NCBI GenBank assembly: GCA_903837125.1
Contig: CAILTG010000097.1
Coordinates: forward strand, 1-61,213
Source: Candidatus Magasanikiibacteriota bacterium
GTDB lineage: Bacteria; Patescibacteriota; Patescibacteriia; Magasanikbacterales; UBA922
Direction of reading: 5' to 3'
DNA length: 61,213 nucleotides
The position numbers were made by a program, and so were the translations under genes. A model generated the notes under the pieces. It worked only from the letters and a program-made list of their open reading frames with translations. It was not told where the DNA came from and ran no database searches. This document shows, in pieces, positions 1 to 10,024 of the stretch; position 1 is the first letter of the stretch; the number at the start of each line of letters is the position of its first letter.

Positions 1-369
1 CCAGTCTCGTGATTTTAGTAAACCTCTAACACGCTCCTCAAAAACACTATCAGTTAAATCTGGAAAAATTTCATCAATTTGATTTGGTTTAAAAGTTTCT
101 CTCAAATAAATTTCATTCTCATTTGTCAATTCAACATTAATTCCTAAGGCTTTAAGTTTATTATAAGCATTCACTGCAGATTCGTTATGCAAATATTTCA
201 TATAAAAAATTAGTTCCGAACCTAATTCATTTCCCTTCCTTTTTATTTCCACATCCCTATGCATTGGACCTGCATCTCCTAAAGTATCAATAATAGTTTC
301 CAAACTAATCGGGCAATATTTGCCATTGCCAACTTCTTTGCTTAAGGTATCGCCAAAAAATGGTCTCAT
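1..369 (-). CDS. hypothetical protein, partial (3' end runs off the left edge)
   Basis: Open minus-strand frame from ATG at 369-367 (MRPFFGDTLSKEVGNGKYCPISLE...) with no stop before position 1. There is an 8-nt gap after the serS stop. No recognisable motif. Confidence 0.45.
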   Translation of the reverse strand, partial: MRPFFGDTLSKEVGNGKYCPISLETIIDTLGDAGPMHRDVEIKRKGNELGSELIFYMKYLHNESAVNAYNKLKALGINVELTNENEIYLRETFKPNQIDEIFPDLTDSVFEERVRGLLKSRDW

Positions 370-377
370 AGTAAAAA

Positions 378-1616
378 TTAATTAATAATTTCTTTCCCTA
401 AATATTTCACCAACACTTCTGGTACTTTAATACTGCCATCGGCTTGTTGATAATTCTCAACTACTGCCAAAGGAAAACGACTTAAGACTACTGCTGTGCC
501 ATTTAAAGTGTGAACATATTCGTTTGATCCGTCAGCTTTTTTGTATTTTATATTTAATCTTCTAGCCTGATAATCTGTGCAATTAGAAGTTGAAGTAATT
601 TCACCGTAATCATTTTTCATGGTCATCCAAGCTTCTATGTCATATTTTTTGTAGGCTGGGCCACCAAGGTCTCCACTTGCAATATCAATAACACGATACG
701 GAATTTTGAGACCATTCACAATCTCTTTTTCAATATTTAAAATTTCCTGGTGATATTTTTCACCATCCTCAGGCTTACAATAAATAAATATTTCTAATTT
801 GGTAAATTGATGTACACGATAAAGGCCTTTAGACTCCTTTCCATAAGCACCTGCCTCAGTTCTAAAACAATGGGACAAGGCAACATATTTTTTTGGACCT
901 TCAACTAAATCTAAAACTTCGTTGGCATGATATCCGCCCATGGTTATTTCTGCCGTACCCACAAGAGATAAATCAGTATTTTCTACACTGTAAATGTTTG
1001 TTTCTGCGCCCCTGGGATTAAATCCTATACCCTCTAGAATCTCATTTTTGGCCAAATCAGGGGTTTCTACTAGAGTATAGCCATATTTACTTACCACCTC
1101 TATTCCGTAGTTAATTAAGGCCATATTTAGCCGTACTAGATCATTTTTTAGGAAATAAAATTTAGTTCCAGCCACTTTAGCCCCACGTTCAAAATCAATC
1201 AAATCCAGATTGGTTAACAGAGTTTCGTGGTCCTTAGCCTTAAAATCAAATTCTGGTGGTTTACCACTGGTATAAATAGTATTAAAATCATCTTCTTTAC
1301 CAATTGGAGAAGTAGGATGGGTCAAATTTGGCACTTGCTTTAGTAAATCAAAATATACTTTTTCAATTGATTCAAGTTCAATTTCTAGAGATTTAATCCC
1401 CTCTCCTACCAATCGCATTTTACCAATCTCTTCTTCTGTTGGTTTATTTTTTGATCTTTCATTTCTTGATGCTCTAAGATCTTCAATTCTTTTAAGCATC
1501 CCCCTTCTTTTTTCATCCAATTCCAATAACTTATCAACATCAACTTTAACATATCTGTTTTTACAGTTTTCTTTTACCAATTCTTTGTTTTCACGAATAA
1601 ATTTTATATCTAACAT
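378..1616 (-). CDS. serS: seryl-tRNA synthetase
   Basis: 412 aa with an N-terminal coiled-coil arm and class II motif 2 (HCFRTEAGAYGKESKGLYRVHQFTKLE), typical of SerRS. Confidence 0.95.
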   Translation of the reverse strand: MLDIKFIRENKELVKENCKNRYVKVDVDKLLELDEKRRGMLKRIEDLRASRNERSKNKPTEEEIGKMRLVGEGIKSLEIELESIEKVYFDLLKQVPNLTHPTSPIGKEDDFNTIYTSGKPPEFDFKAKDHETLLTNLDLIDFERGAKVAGTKFYFLKNDLVRLNMALINYGIEVVSKYGYTLVETPDLAKNEILEGIGFNPRGAETNIYSVENTDLSLVGTAEITMGGYHANEVLDLVEGPKKYVALSHCFRTEAGAYGKESKGLYRVHQFTKLEIFIYCKPEDGEKYHQEILNIEKEIVNGLKIPYRVIDIASGDLGGPAYKKYDIEAWMTMKNDYGEITSTSNCTDYQARRLNIKYKKADGSNEYVHTLNGTAVVLSRFPLAVVENYQQADGSIKVPEVLVKYLGKEIIN

Positions 1617-1622
1617 AGGTTT

Positions 1623-1937
1623 TTAAGTAAATTCTTTTAAAATATCAACAGTAATTTTTTTAACATCTCTAATTAATTCCGGACTAAATACTTTTATGTC
1701 CGATGTTTGTTCTTCTGCTTCTCTTTTTGTTAGAATATAAAGTCTTTCAATTTCGCTGTCAAATACACCCTTTAACAATTTAGAAGCCATAGTTAGATAC
1801 ATAAAACGTACAGAAATGGAATCTACTGCTTTTAAACCAGAAGTAATCAATTCACCAGATAAATTTTTAACAATCAAATCTTTATTTTGTTCTTGAGTAG
1901 GGCGTCTAACTGTCTCTGCTGGGTTTCGTCTTCTCAT
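1623..1937 (-). CDS. hypothetical protein (104 aa)
   Basis: ORF packed between serS and the RdgB-Nudix gene, with a 4-nt overlap upstream. No recognisable motif. Confidence 0.5.
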   Translation of the reverse strand: MRRRNPAETVRRPTQEQNKDLIVKNLSGELITSGLKAVDSISVRFMYLTMASKLLKGVFDSEIERLYILTKREAEEQTSDIKVFSPELIRDVKKITVDILKEFT

Positions 1938-2968
1938 AAATTATAATCTTTAATAATTTGTTCTAATTCTGGCATAATTATTTTTAACAGCTGATGATTC
2001 TCACCAACAAATTTGTATTTAGAGTTATCCCCTGGCTTTAGCCATTTCATATCCAAAACTTCAGCATCATTGAATTTGCCAGTGCCACCAATAATTTTGC
2101 ACACAAAAGGTATTAAATACACTTGATATTTAAATGAAGGATATTGTTGTTCGCGCACGTAAATATGTTGTAATTGTTTAACTGGTTTTATTTTATAGCC
2201 TGTTTCTTCATAAACTTCACGAATCAAGTTTTGTTCTATAGATTCTCCAAATTCCACTGAACCGCCGGGGAATTCCCAACGTTCATGAAATTCCGGACGA
2301 TGTGGATCATTACGTTTACTCAACAACATCAAACCATTTTTAATAATTATGCCGATCGGCACTACAATATGCTTAGCGCCAAATTGATTCTGTAAATAAT
2401 ATTTTAAACTGCTCAAAGCCTTGCCACGATGCGAACAAGAATTTTTTTCTTGTAAAGTCATTTCTGTGTAAAGTTTCTTTTTTTCATTAACATAAAAAAT
2501 TGTATCATAGCCAAAACCATTGGTTAGTTTTGTTTCATTTTCTACAATTTTTCCTCGGGTTTCACCAATAGTAATATGGGTTGATTTGTCTGTTGGATTA
2601 TAAAATGCCAAAGCACATGCAAAAGTGGCGCCACGTTTGGATGTGGAAATATTTTGTAACTTTTCTAAAATAACTTTATTTCTGGCATCACCATCATTAG
2701 CACTTCTGGCACATTGTACACCAGGCCAACCATTCAAGGCAGTTACAAATATAGCTGTATCATCAGCAATTGTTATTAAACCTGTTTTGTCAGCATAATA
2801 TTTAGCTTTTAAAATTGCATTATCTTCTATGGTGTTTTCATTTTCTTCCGGTTCTTTAATTCTTTTTTTTAAATCTGCTAATGATAAAAATTCAAAGGGC
2901 AAATCTCCTAAAAAAGATTTCATTTCCTTAAATTTATCAAAATTAGTTGTAGCTATTAGAATCTTCAT
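1934..2968 (-). CDS. RdgB/HAM1 non-canonical NTP pyrophosphatase fused to a Nudix hydrolase
   Basis: The N-terminal half has HAM1 motifs (FGYDTIF, SHRGKA). The C-terminal half has a Nudix box (GGSVEFGESIEQNLIREVYEETGY). Confidence 0.85.
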   Translation of the reverse strand: MKILIATTNFDKFKEMKSFLGDLPFEFLSLADLKKRIKEPEENENTIEDNAILKAKYYADKTGLITIADDTAIFVTALNGWPGVQCARSANDGDARNKVILEKLQNISTSKRGATFACALAFYNPTDKSTHITIGETRGKIVENETKLTNGFGYDTIFYVNEKKKLYTEMTLQEKNSCSHRGKALSSLKYYLQNQFGAKHIVVPIGIIIKNGLMLLSKRNDPHRPEFHERWEFPGGSVEFGESIEQNLIREVYEETGYKIKPVKQLQHIYVREQQYPSFKYQVYLIPFVCKIIGGTGKFNDAEVLDMKWLKPGDNSKYKFVGENHQLLKIIMPELEQIIKDYNL

Positions 2969-3384
2969 ACCATTTTTTCTATATATTTTCTAATTTTTTT
3001 ACTCTTATATTTTTCTTTGTTATAAGAGGGAATTCTGACAATTTTAATATTTAAGCCAAATCCTGTAATAGCTTCCTCAAGTTTATCTACATAAACTTTT
3101 TGATCATAACCTAGAGCAATTATCTCGGGCTGAACTTCATTAATTACTTGATAAGGATCGTTTAAATATCCTAAACGCACTTCATCAATTAATCTTAAAT
3201 AACTTAATATTTCTTTTCGTTCTTCTTCTTTGTGCACCGGACCGTAGCCTTTTATTTTTTCTACATTTATATCTCGTGCCACGGATACCACCAAATAATC
3301 CCCATATTCACGCGCTTTTTTAAACAAATGAATATGCCCCATGTGTAAAATATCAAATGTACCAAATAATAAGACTTTTTTCAT
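2965..3384 (-). CDS. cytidylyltransferase-like nucleotidyltransferase (TagD/RibL-like)
   Basis: 139 aa with a GTFDILHMGH (HxGH) motif at the N-terminus, as in the cytidylyl/adenylyltransferase family. Confidence 0.8.
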   Translation of the reverse strand: MKKVLLFGTFDILHMGHIHLFKKAREYGDYLVVSVARDINVEKIKGYGPVHKEEERKEILSYLRLIDEVRLGYLNDPYQVINEVQPEIIALGYDQKVYVDKLEEAITGFGLNIKIVRIPSYNKEKYKSKKIRKYIEKMV

Positions 3385-3400
3385 ATATAAACTAAATTTC

Positions 3401-4867
3401 TTACTCTGCCTTGATTACAGGTTTCATTAATGGAAAAATAACACATTCTCTAATAGGCTTATTTTCTAAAAATGAAAATAATCTTTCGGAAAATCCAAAA
3501 CCACAGGTAGGTGGCATGCCGTGTTCCAGTGCTTCTACAAAATCATAATCATGCATTTGTGCTTCACTATCCCCTGCTTTGCGCATTGCTGCTTGTTCTT
3601 TAAAACGTTCTGCTTGATCAATTGGGTCATTTAGTTCGGAATAACCGTTGCCAAGTTCAGAACCACCAATAATGGGTTGAAAGCGTTGAGTTAATTCCGG
3701 ATTGCCATCATTTCGTTTGGCCAAAGGAGAAACCGCCACTGGCACATTAATTAAAAAGCCTGGCCCTTTGAGTGCTCGACGACAATGTTTCCACAAAGCA
3801 TCAATTAGGCTACTTTTACCTTCCTGTTCATCGTATTCCATTTTAACTTCAGTCAATTTCTTTTTTAATTCTTTTTCAGTCACTTTTAAAACATCTAAAC
3901 CAGTTTTTTCTTTAATAATACTAACATAATCATAGCGCTCCCATTTTTGACCTAAATCGATTTCACCAAAATTACCAATGATAAATTTTAAAGTACCATA
4001 AGTATCAAAAGCCACATGTTTAATCATCCGTTCTACTAATTCCATACCCATATTGTAATCAGCATAGGCCCAATAAAATTCCATTTGTGTGTAATCCTGT
4101 AAATGCTCACGACTCATGCCTTCATTACGAAACTGTCTTCCAATTTCAAAAGTTTTTTCAAAACCAGCAACCATTAATCTTTTTTGCCACAGTTCACCCA
4201 TAGAAATTCTCAAATAGACATCAATACCCAAAGTATTATGGTGAGTTACAAATGGTGTGGCACTGGCTCCGCCAGCAGTGGCTTCTAAAGCTGGAGTTTC
4301 CACTTCTAAAAATCCCTCTTTTAATAAAAATTGACGTGTACTATTCCAAAATTTACTTTTTCTTACAAAAATTTCCTTAACTTCCGGATTCATAATCATT
4401 TCCAAATATCTTTTGCGTAAACGTATTTCTTCATCCTGAAGCCCGTGAAATTTATCGGCTAAAGGCAATATTGCTTTGGTAAGCAAAGTCCAAACTTTAA
4501 CCAAAATAGAAGGTTCTCCTTTATGTGTGGTAAAACGTTCACCCTCAACCGAAATAATATCCCCTGAGTCAATCTTTTTAATAAATAAATTATAATTTTC
4601 CTTACCTAAATCATCCTGCTTGAAGGCAATTTGCATTTTACCACTATCATCTTGTAAATGACAAAAAGTTAATTTACCCATTTCACGCATGGTCATTAGA
4701 CGTCCGGCAACACAAACTTTTTCACCATCTTTTTTGGCTAAAGCCTGAACTAAACTAAATTCTTTTTTAGATTTTGCGGGATAAGGGTTGATACCCAACG
4801 TTTTTAGTTCCTCAAGTTTTTTTAATCTAACTTTTCTCTCGTCGTTTACATTTAGTTCATTAACCAT
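3401..4867 (-). CDS. lysS: lysyl-tRNA synthetase, class II
   Basis: 488 aa with an N-terminal OB anticodon-binding region and motif 2 FRNEGMSREHLQDYTQMEFY. Confidence 0.95.
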   Translation of the reverse strand: MVNELNVNDERKVRLKKLEELKTLGINPYPAKSKKEFSLVQALAKKDGEKVCVAGRLMTMREMGKLTFCHLQDDSGKMQIAFKQDDLGKENYNLFIKKIDSGDIISVEGERFTTHKGEPSILVKVWTLLTKAILPLADKFHGLQDEEIRLRKRYLEMIMNPEVKEIFVRKSKFWNSTRQFLLKEGFLEVETPALEATAGGASATPFVTHHNTLGIDVYLRISMGELWQKRLMVAGFEKTFEIGRQFRNEGMSREHLQDYTQMEFYWAYADYNMGMELVERMIKHVAFDTYGTLKFIIGNFGEIDLGQKWERYDYVSIIKEKTGLDVLKVTEKELKKKLTEVKMEYDEQEGKSSLIDALWKHCRRALKGPGFLINVPVAVSPLAKRNDGNPELTQRFQPIIGGSELGNGYSELNDPIDQAERFKEQAAMRKAGDSEAQMHDYDFVEALEHGMPPTCGFGFSERLFSFLENKPIRECVIFPLMKPVIKAE

Positions 4868-4887
4868 ATTTAATATTTTTATATTAG

Positions 4888-5352
4888 TTATTTAATGTCT
4901 AATATCTTATACTCCAACTCTCCTGCTGGCACAGTAATTTTAATTTTATCACCCTTTTTTTTACCCAAAAAAGCGTTGCCTAAAGGAGATTCATTGGAAA
5001 TTTTTCCTTTCAAGGGATTAGCCTCTTGCGGACCAACAATTATGTACTCCTTTTCTAAATCTTTAATCAAAACCTTGATAGTGGAACCAATAGTAACTAC
5101 ATCACCTTTTCCAGAAATAGCAATTATTTCTGAATTATCAATAATTTTATTTAGTTCCCCCACCCGACTTTTGGCCCAAGCCATATCTTCACGCGCGGTT
5201 TGGTACTCAGCGTTTTCTGACAAATCACCCATTTGTTTAGCTTCATCTATTCTTTTAGCTAAAGCGGTAATTTTTTCCTCTTTAAGTTGCTTTAATTCAG
5301 CATTAAGTTCATTAAGCTTGTCTTGAGACATGTATTGTGTTTGAACGGTCAT
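4888..5352 (-). CDS. greA: transcription elongation factor GreA
   Basis: 154 aa with a coiled-coil carrying GDLSENAEYQTARED plus a C-terminal FKBP-like domain. Confidence 0.9.
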   Translation of the reverse strand: MTVQTQYMSQDKLNELNAELKQLKEEKITALAKRIDEAKQMGDLSENAEYQTAREDMAWAKSRVGELNKIIDNSEIIAISGKGDVVTIGSTIKVLIKDLEKEYIIVGPQEANPLKGKISNESPLGNAFLGKKKGDKIKITVPAGELEYKILDIK

Positions 5353-5541
5353 ATGTTTAGAAGCGGATTTTCGCGAATAATGACGCGGATCTACGCTGAT
5401 ACTAATTAAAAAACTAACCGCTCTAAGCGGATAAATACAGTATAACAGAGCTAAAATGGATTGTAAACAAAAAAATAATAACTGTGGATATCTCTTATTT
5501 TAGCCAAAACTTAAACCATAATCTGTGTAATATCACTCAGC

Positions 5542-7572
5542 TCATTGTATCGGATTATGTGTATTTTGTATCGTGTTTCTGTATGCCCACCACCATTTAT
5601 AAAAATCATTGGCAATTGGAACCGAAATAGTACTGCCTTCCACTCCTTCTTCAACCATAATGGTAACTACAATTTCTGGTTTGTCATATGGTGCAAATGA
5701 AGTAAACCAGGCATGATTATCTTTTTTACTACTCCACTGTGCTGTTCCTGTTTTACCAGCAGCAGCAAATGGCAAATCTAGCAATCGTCTGCAAGATCCC
5801 AAAGTTACACAATCCCTCATACCCCAACGTACAGTATCCAAATTTTTTGAATCAATAAAATTTTTATTAATAATTTCCGGTAATTTAATTGTTTCTTGTT
5901 TATTAATTGAATCAATGGTTGAGTGAACCACATGCGGACGATAAACTATACCACCATTTGCCACAGTGGCTGTCATGCTGGCAATTTGTAAGGGTGAAAC
6001 CAATAAATTACCTTGACCAATAGAAAGATTATAAGTATCACCAACATACCACTGTTCATGTAAGGTGTTTAATTTCCATTCTTTTGAAGGTAAAAAACCA
6101 CTTTCTTCAGCAGTTAAATCAATTCCTAATTTTTTCCCAAAACCAAACTGACTTAAACCAGCCATCATTTTTTCTACTCCCAAACCAACAAAATTTCCAT
6201 AACCTCCTCCAATATAATAAAAAAAAGTATTTACTGATAAAGCCAGGGCCTTGCGTACATTTGTTAAACCATGTCCTCCAGCTAACCAATCGGGAAAAAA
6301 CCATTGCCCAACTTTTAAACCACCTGTGCTTAGAAAACTAGTATTGGGTGTTATTATATTATCCTGCAAAGCAATAGCAGCAATAGCTGGCTTAATAGTA
6401 GAACCAGAAGGAAAACTACCAGCGATGGCGCGATTAAATAAAGGGCTGTCAACATTTTGTAAATATGCCTGGTATTCCGCTTGACTGATTCCACCGGAAA
6501 ACTGGTTATCATTAAAAGCAGGCCAAGAAACTAAAGCCAATATCTCACCATTATTAGGATCCATGACAATGCCGGAGGCTCGGGATTTATTACTAGACTT
6601 CAAATAACTTTTAATAATCTCTTCCAATTTGTTTTGTAAGTTTACATCAATTGATAATTTTAAATGATTTCCCGGAATTGGCGCATTTTCTGCCAAAACA
6701 TTGTGTTCTTTATTTTGAGCGTCAACTTCAATTCTCCTTTGTCCATAAATTCCCCGCAAAGTTTGTTCATAAGTTTTTTCTACACCTGTTTTACCAATAT
6801 TATCCGCAGGTACATAACCTTTTTGATATAGATTCTGTAATTCTTCCTTATTTAATTTTCCTTCATATCCCAATACATGTGCTAAACTAAAGGGCATTGT
6901 GGAACTAGAATTATTATCAATTTCTGAATTGTTACTCAAATATAAGCGCCGACTTCCACTTTGGATTTCAATTCCTGGTAAATTAGGAGCTTCAATTTGG
7001 ATTAGTAAGGCTGTATTGTAATCCAAATTTTCCTTAATAACCACTGATTCATAACTATAATCCTTGTACTCTTCCAAAATTTTTCCAATATCAGCGACTG
7101 ACTGATTTGTTAATTCTGCTAAACGGTTCACTACTGCAGCTCTTTCTTGTTTGGTTCTAGGCAGATCTTGCGGAATTATTGCTAAATAAAAATTAGGAAT
7201 GTTTTTAACAAGTGATAATCCATTACGATCAAAAATTAATCCCCTTTCTGCAGGAATAGGTATTATCCTTTGACGATTATTAAGAGCCATTGTTTCATAA
7301 ATACTGCCTTTAATTACCTGCAAATAAAAAATTCTACCAGTAATTATTAAAAAAATAAATAAAATAAAACCCAAAAAGAATTTTGCCTTTTTAAAAGTAA
7401 AATTTGAACCTAAGTATGTTGAACTAGTAGGCAGGGCAGGCTGTTTGCCAGCCTTTTTTTCAAAAATTACACTCTCTTCTACCCAATCTGTTTTAAATTT
7501 CCCTTTAAGATTACTAGAAAAATCAAATCCCTTGGCCATACCAAATAAATCATTTTTCTTTTCTTCAACCAT
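5542..7572 (-). CDS. mrdA: penicillin-binding protein 2 (elongasome transpeptidase)
   Basis: 676 aa with an N-terminal TM helix and the SxxK (STIK), SxN (SVN) and KTGT motifs. It lies directly downstream of mreBCD. Confidence 0.9.
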   Translation of the reverse strand: MVEEKKNDLFGMAKGFDFSSNLKGKFKTDWVEESVIFEKKAGKQPALPTSSTYLGSNFTFKKAKFFLGFILFIFLIITGRIFYLQVIKGSIYETMALNNRQRIIPIPAERGLIFDRNGLSLVKNIPNFYLAIIPQDLPRTKQERAAVVNRLAELTNQSVADIGKILEEYKDYSYESVVIKENLDYNTALLIQIEAPNLPGIEIQSGSRRLYLSNNSEIDNNSSSTMPFSLAHVLGYEGKLNKEELQNLYQKGYVPADNIGKTGVEKTYEQTLRGIYGQRRIEVDAQNKEHNVLAENAPIPGNHLKLSIDVNLQNKLEEIIKSYLKSSNKSRASGIVMDPNNGEILALVSWPAFNDNQFSGGISQAEYQAYLQNVDSPLFNRAIAGSFPSGSTIKPAIAAIALQDNIITPNTSFLSTGGLKVGQWFFPDWLAGGHGLTNVRKALALSVNTFFYYIGGGYGNFVGLGVEKMMAGLSQFGFGKKLGIDLTAEESGFLPSKEWKLNTLHEQWYVGDTYNLSIGQGNLLVSPLQIASMTATVANGGIVYRPHVVHSTIDSINKQETIKLPEIINKNFIDSKNLDTVRWGMRDCVTLGSCRRLLDLPFAAAGKTGTAQWSSKKDNHAWFTSFAPYDKPEIVVTIMVEEGVEGSTISVPIANDFYKWWWAYRNTIQNTHNPIQ

Positions 7573-7595
7573 AAATTAATTAAACGTACTTTTAG

Positions 7596-8111
7596 TTAAA
7601 TTAACATTTGTTTTTTATTAAATGGAGAAATAATTAAATATAATAAACCTACTGTTAAAGTTGTAAATAATAACTCCCAAAAAATCATGGGAAAAATTAA
7701 TTGCCAAGGAATAGAGATTTTGGGAAAGAAAAAACTAGCTAAAAAAAGTAAGACTAAATATAGAAAACGATAACAACTTAAAGTAAAAAAAGTTAAGCCA
7801 ATTGCTGCGTACCAGGAACGATCAGTAAACACTAGTTGATAAAACCAGTAACCAATTAAAACGCTAATGGTTGAAGAAAATAAAATTATGCCAAATGGCG
7901 TAGTGGCATAAAGTTCAATGAAAAAATTGGTAAAAAAGGCTATCCAAACAACTGTACCATCCTTTTTCCAAAGCAATATTAACAAAAGCACAGCCAACAT
8001 TATATTTAATTTTGAAAAGGGATAAGGAAGTAAATAAGAGAAACCTATATGAAGTACAGCCAACAAAATAATTCCTCCAGTTACTTTTATAAATCTTATT
8101 AAATTGGCCAT
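7596..8111 (-). CDS. mreD: rod shape-determining protein MreD-like membrane protein
   Basis: 171-aa polytopic membrane protein positioned between mreC and mrdA. The call rests on position and hydrophobicity. Confidence 0.6.
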   Translation of the reverse strand: MANLIRFIKVTGGIILLAVLHIGFSYLLPYPFSKLNIMLAVLLLILLWKKDGTVVWIAFFTNFFIELYATTPFGIILFSSTISVLIGYWFYQLVFTDRSWYAAIGLTFFTLSCYRFLYLVLLFLASFFFPKISIPWQLIFPMIFWELLFTTLTVGLLYLIISPFNKKQMLI

Positions 8112-8117
8112 ACCAGT

Positions 8118-8924
8118 TTACTGATTGAAAGTAATAATGTTTACCAAAGTTAATTTATTTAAATCTTCAAGTGGGGTTAAAATTGCTTCCTGAAAAGGTT
8201 GAAAAGTTTGTTTTTCCACTGCTTGAACGGTACCCAAAAACAATCCTCGAGGAATTTCTGGCTGTAAACCAGAAGTTGCAATCATCTCACCCACATTAAC
8301 ACTTTCATTTTGAGGAATTAATTTCATTCTTATACTAATTCCATAACCACCTTCAACCATACCGGTGCTTTTATCTTGGTTAATGACAATGGCCGCTAAT
8401 CGACTTTGATTATCATTAATTAAGCGAACCACGGACTCATTTTTTTCTGCTTTTACTATTTGTCCAATTAGAGCCCCTCTTCCAGTAATTACTGGTTGTC
8501 CCACTTTCACCCCATCACTTACTCCACGATTAAGAACTAAAGTACTCTCCAAAGGATCAATATTTTTGCCTATTACCTCAGCACCAAGATAATTAAAAGT
8601 TTTTTTATTTAGATAATTCAATTGGCTTCTTAACTCTACATTTTCTTGTTCCAATAAAGAAATTTTGCTTAAATCAATCTTATTATTCAAATTTTCTTCT
8701 TTTACTCTTTGATAAGCATTTCTTAAATCATCAAGAGAATTAAAATTTTCATTATTATTATTAATTTTTACACTCAGATTATACATTAGACGAGAACCGG
8801 GTTTAATAATAACTCTTAAAAAATTTTCCACTGGATTTAGCCAACCCAAATAATGTAAAGCTATTACCAAGATTACAATAAATGAAATACTAAAAAAAGT
8901 CTTCTGACGATTTAAAACTTGCAT
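8118..8924 (-). CDS. mreC: rod shape-determining protein MreC
   Basis: 268 aa with an N-terminal TM helix, a coiled-coil, then beta-barrel repeats (GVKVGQPVITGRGALIGQIV...). It follows mreB. Confidence 0.85.
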   Translation of the reverse strand: MQVLNRQKTFFSISFIVILVIALHYLGWLNPVENFLRVIIKPGSRLMYNLSVKINNNNENFNSLDDLRNAYQRVKEENLNNKIDLSKISLLEQENVELRSQLNYLNKKTFNYLGAEVIGKNIDPLESTLVLNRGVSDGVKVGQPVITGRGALIGQIVKAEKNESVVRLINDNQSRLAAIVINQDKSTGMVEGGYGISIRMKLIPQNESVNVGEMIATSGLQPEIPRGLFLGTVQAVEKQTFQPFQEAILTPLEDLNKLTLVNIITFNQ

Positions 8925-8956
8925 ACCTAAATAATGTGAGACAAACCTTATTGAAG

Positions 8957-10006
8957 TTAGTTTCTAATTTCCCTGGCTGATGGTAAGGTAATCTCTTTAA
9001 GAAGATTATGATCCTCCAATAAAATACCAGTACCACGTACTACCGCAGTTAAAGGATCATCAGCTATTCTTACTGGTATTTCTGCAGCCTCAGCAATCAC
9101 TTTGTCTAGTCCGCGAAGCAACGCACCACCACCAGTTAACAGCATTCCCCTTTCATGAATATCAGCCGTTAATTCTGGAGGAGTAACTTCCAAAGCGGTT
9201 TTAATTAATTCAACAATAGCATTAACTGACCTTTGTAAGGCCTCACGAATATGACTATCATTAACCATAATTTCCTTTGGCAAACCAGTTATCACGTCAC
9301 GTCCACGCATAGGAAATTCCATTTTTTCTGACAATTCCATTGCCGAACCTATTTTTATTTTTATTTGCTCCGCATAGCTTTCACCAACAAACAAATTAAA
9401 CACTTCACGGGCATATTGCATTATATTGCGGTTCATTTCATCTCCAGCTATGTTGATTGATTTCCAAGTTACCACACCACTTAAGGAAATTACTGCCACT
9501 TCCGTATTTCCACCGCCAATGTCAACAATCATATTTCCTACAGGATCCTGAATTGGCATACGCGAACCAATAGCCGCGGCCATAGGTTCTTGAACTACAA
9601 AAACTTGTCTGGCTCCAGCCGATAAAGTGGCATCTTCCACAGCTTTCCTTTCCACCTCGGTCACTTCTAAAGGTACACAAATTACTACTTTAGGCCTGTT
9701 TAAAAAGGTAAATTCCCCTTCATGTACTTTATCTATAAAATAGCGCAACATTTTTTCAGTTACTTCATAATCAGAAATAATACCATTAGTTAGCGGTCGA
9801 GTGACAGTAATGTGAGGTGGAGTTTTGCCAAGCATATTTTTGGCCTCATTGCCAACAGCTAAAATTTGCTCGGTCTTAATATTAATGGCCACTACTGATG
9901 GTTCATTAATAACTATTCCTTTGTCTTTTAAATATACCAAAGTATTAGCAGTACCTAGGTCAATGCCAATTTCTTTTGAAAATCTAGAAAATAATCTATT
10001 AAACAT
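8957..10006 (-). CDS. mreB: rod shape-determining actin homologue MreB
   Basis: 349 aa with IDLGTANTLVY and DIGGGNTEVAV phosphate-binding motifs. Confidence 0.95.
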   Translation of the reverse strand: MFNRLFSRFSKEIGIDLGTANTLVYLKDKGIVINEPSVVAINIKTEQILAVGNEAKNMLGKTPPHITVTRPLTNGIISDYEVTEKMLRYFIDKVHEGEFTFLNRPKVVICVPLEVTEVERKAVEDATLSAGARQVFVVQEPMAAAIGSRMPIQDPVGNMIVDIGGGNTEVAVISLSGVVTWKSINIAGDEMNRNIMQYAREVFNLFVGESYAEQIKIKIGSAMELSEKMEFPMRGRDVITGLPKEIMVNDSHIREALQRSVNAIVELIKTALEVTPPELTADIHERGMLLTGGGALLRGLDKVIAEAAEIPVRIADDPLTAVVRGTGILLEDHNLLKEITLPSAREIRN

Positions 10007-10024
10007 AATCCACTAATCTTTACA

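Noticed and set aside
4895-5326. Shadow ORFs antisense to or overlapping real genes. Examples: 4895-5326 in greA, 22515-22925 in atpA, 24952-25356 across atpE/atpB, 42144-42509 in GT2, 55944-56446 in the zinc-ribbon gene, and 3702-3929 in lysS.
   Set aside because: Each lies entirely within or across a confidently recognised gene on the other strand or in another frame. Their translations are low-complexity with no motifs.
5542-5544. Alternative genetic code (UGA as Gly or Trp, codes 25 or 4), as seen in some candidate phyla.
   Set aside because: Highly conserved proteins (atpA, atpD, the aaRS genes, mreB) are full-length under the standard code with no internal TGA. TGA is used as a terminal stop, for example by mrdA and atpG.
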